NCBI GenBank assembly: GCA_043228905.1
Contig: JBHGNT010000003.1
Span: forward strand, 3,720,001 to 3,784,000
From: Azolla caroliniana
Lineage: Eukaryota; Plantae; Polypodiophyta
Length of the DNA stretch: 64,000 nt
Reading direction: 5' to 3'
Position 1 is the first letter of the stretch; each line of letters opens with the position of its first letter. Shown here in pieces: positions 63,691 through 64,000 of this stretch. Position numbers and translations under genes: made by a program. The notes beneath the pieces were generated by a model. It ran no database searches, was not told the DNA's origin, and was given only the letters and a program-made list of their open reading frames with translations.

Positions 63691-64000
63691 CAAAGAACAA
63701 AAGAGAAGATGACAACACATATACCAAGTCCATCAATGGTTATGCTTGGATTGATAAGTGGATAAAACCATATGGCGGATTGTGCAATCAATGTGGGTAT
63801 GGTGAGAAAATGGGGATCATGGATTTGTAAGATAAATGATAATGGTTTCATAGAATTGGGCAAATATATGGTTGACCATGTAACAAGATAGGGTGGAAAT
63901 AAGGGAAAAGCGGTCAACCCAAAGAAAGATGACCCTCTTCAAGACAATTGCATCTCCCTCGAACAACATGATTTAACCCTGCATTTCCAAATTTTGCTGA

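Overview
AT-rich, intron-containing land-plant nuclear DNA. A fern or other seed-free plant is my inference from the gene set, long (GA)n tracts and decayed PPR/LINE debris; it is not proven. Four multi-exon genes were reconstructed by hand with GT-AG boundaries: a 16-exon CYP97A (LUT5-like) carotenoid hydroxylase (-), a 13-exon ankyrin-DHHC S-acyltransferase (TIP1/PAT24-like, +), a 4-exon COX6a (+) and a 2-exon BAM/CLV1-clade LRR receptor kinase (-). The least explained element is a head-to-head pair of intronless genes for a 120-aa secreted, extremely Val/Ile-rich, two-cysteine protein that I cannot assign to a family. The pair lies in ~1.35-kb inverted arms, with a solo LTR (5-bp TSD, GCCGAC repeats) and a tandem array between them. 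Also present: an inverted CYP97A pseudogene lacking its catalytic exons, a 1.47-kb internally deleted chromovirus with both LTRs, PBS, PPT and TSD, a foldback MITE, an intronic hairpin, a PPR pseudogene bracketed by long diverged inverted repeats, LINE/gypsy remnants and many tandem repeats. All assignments were made by eye; no searches were run.
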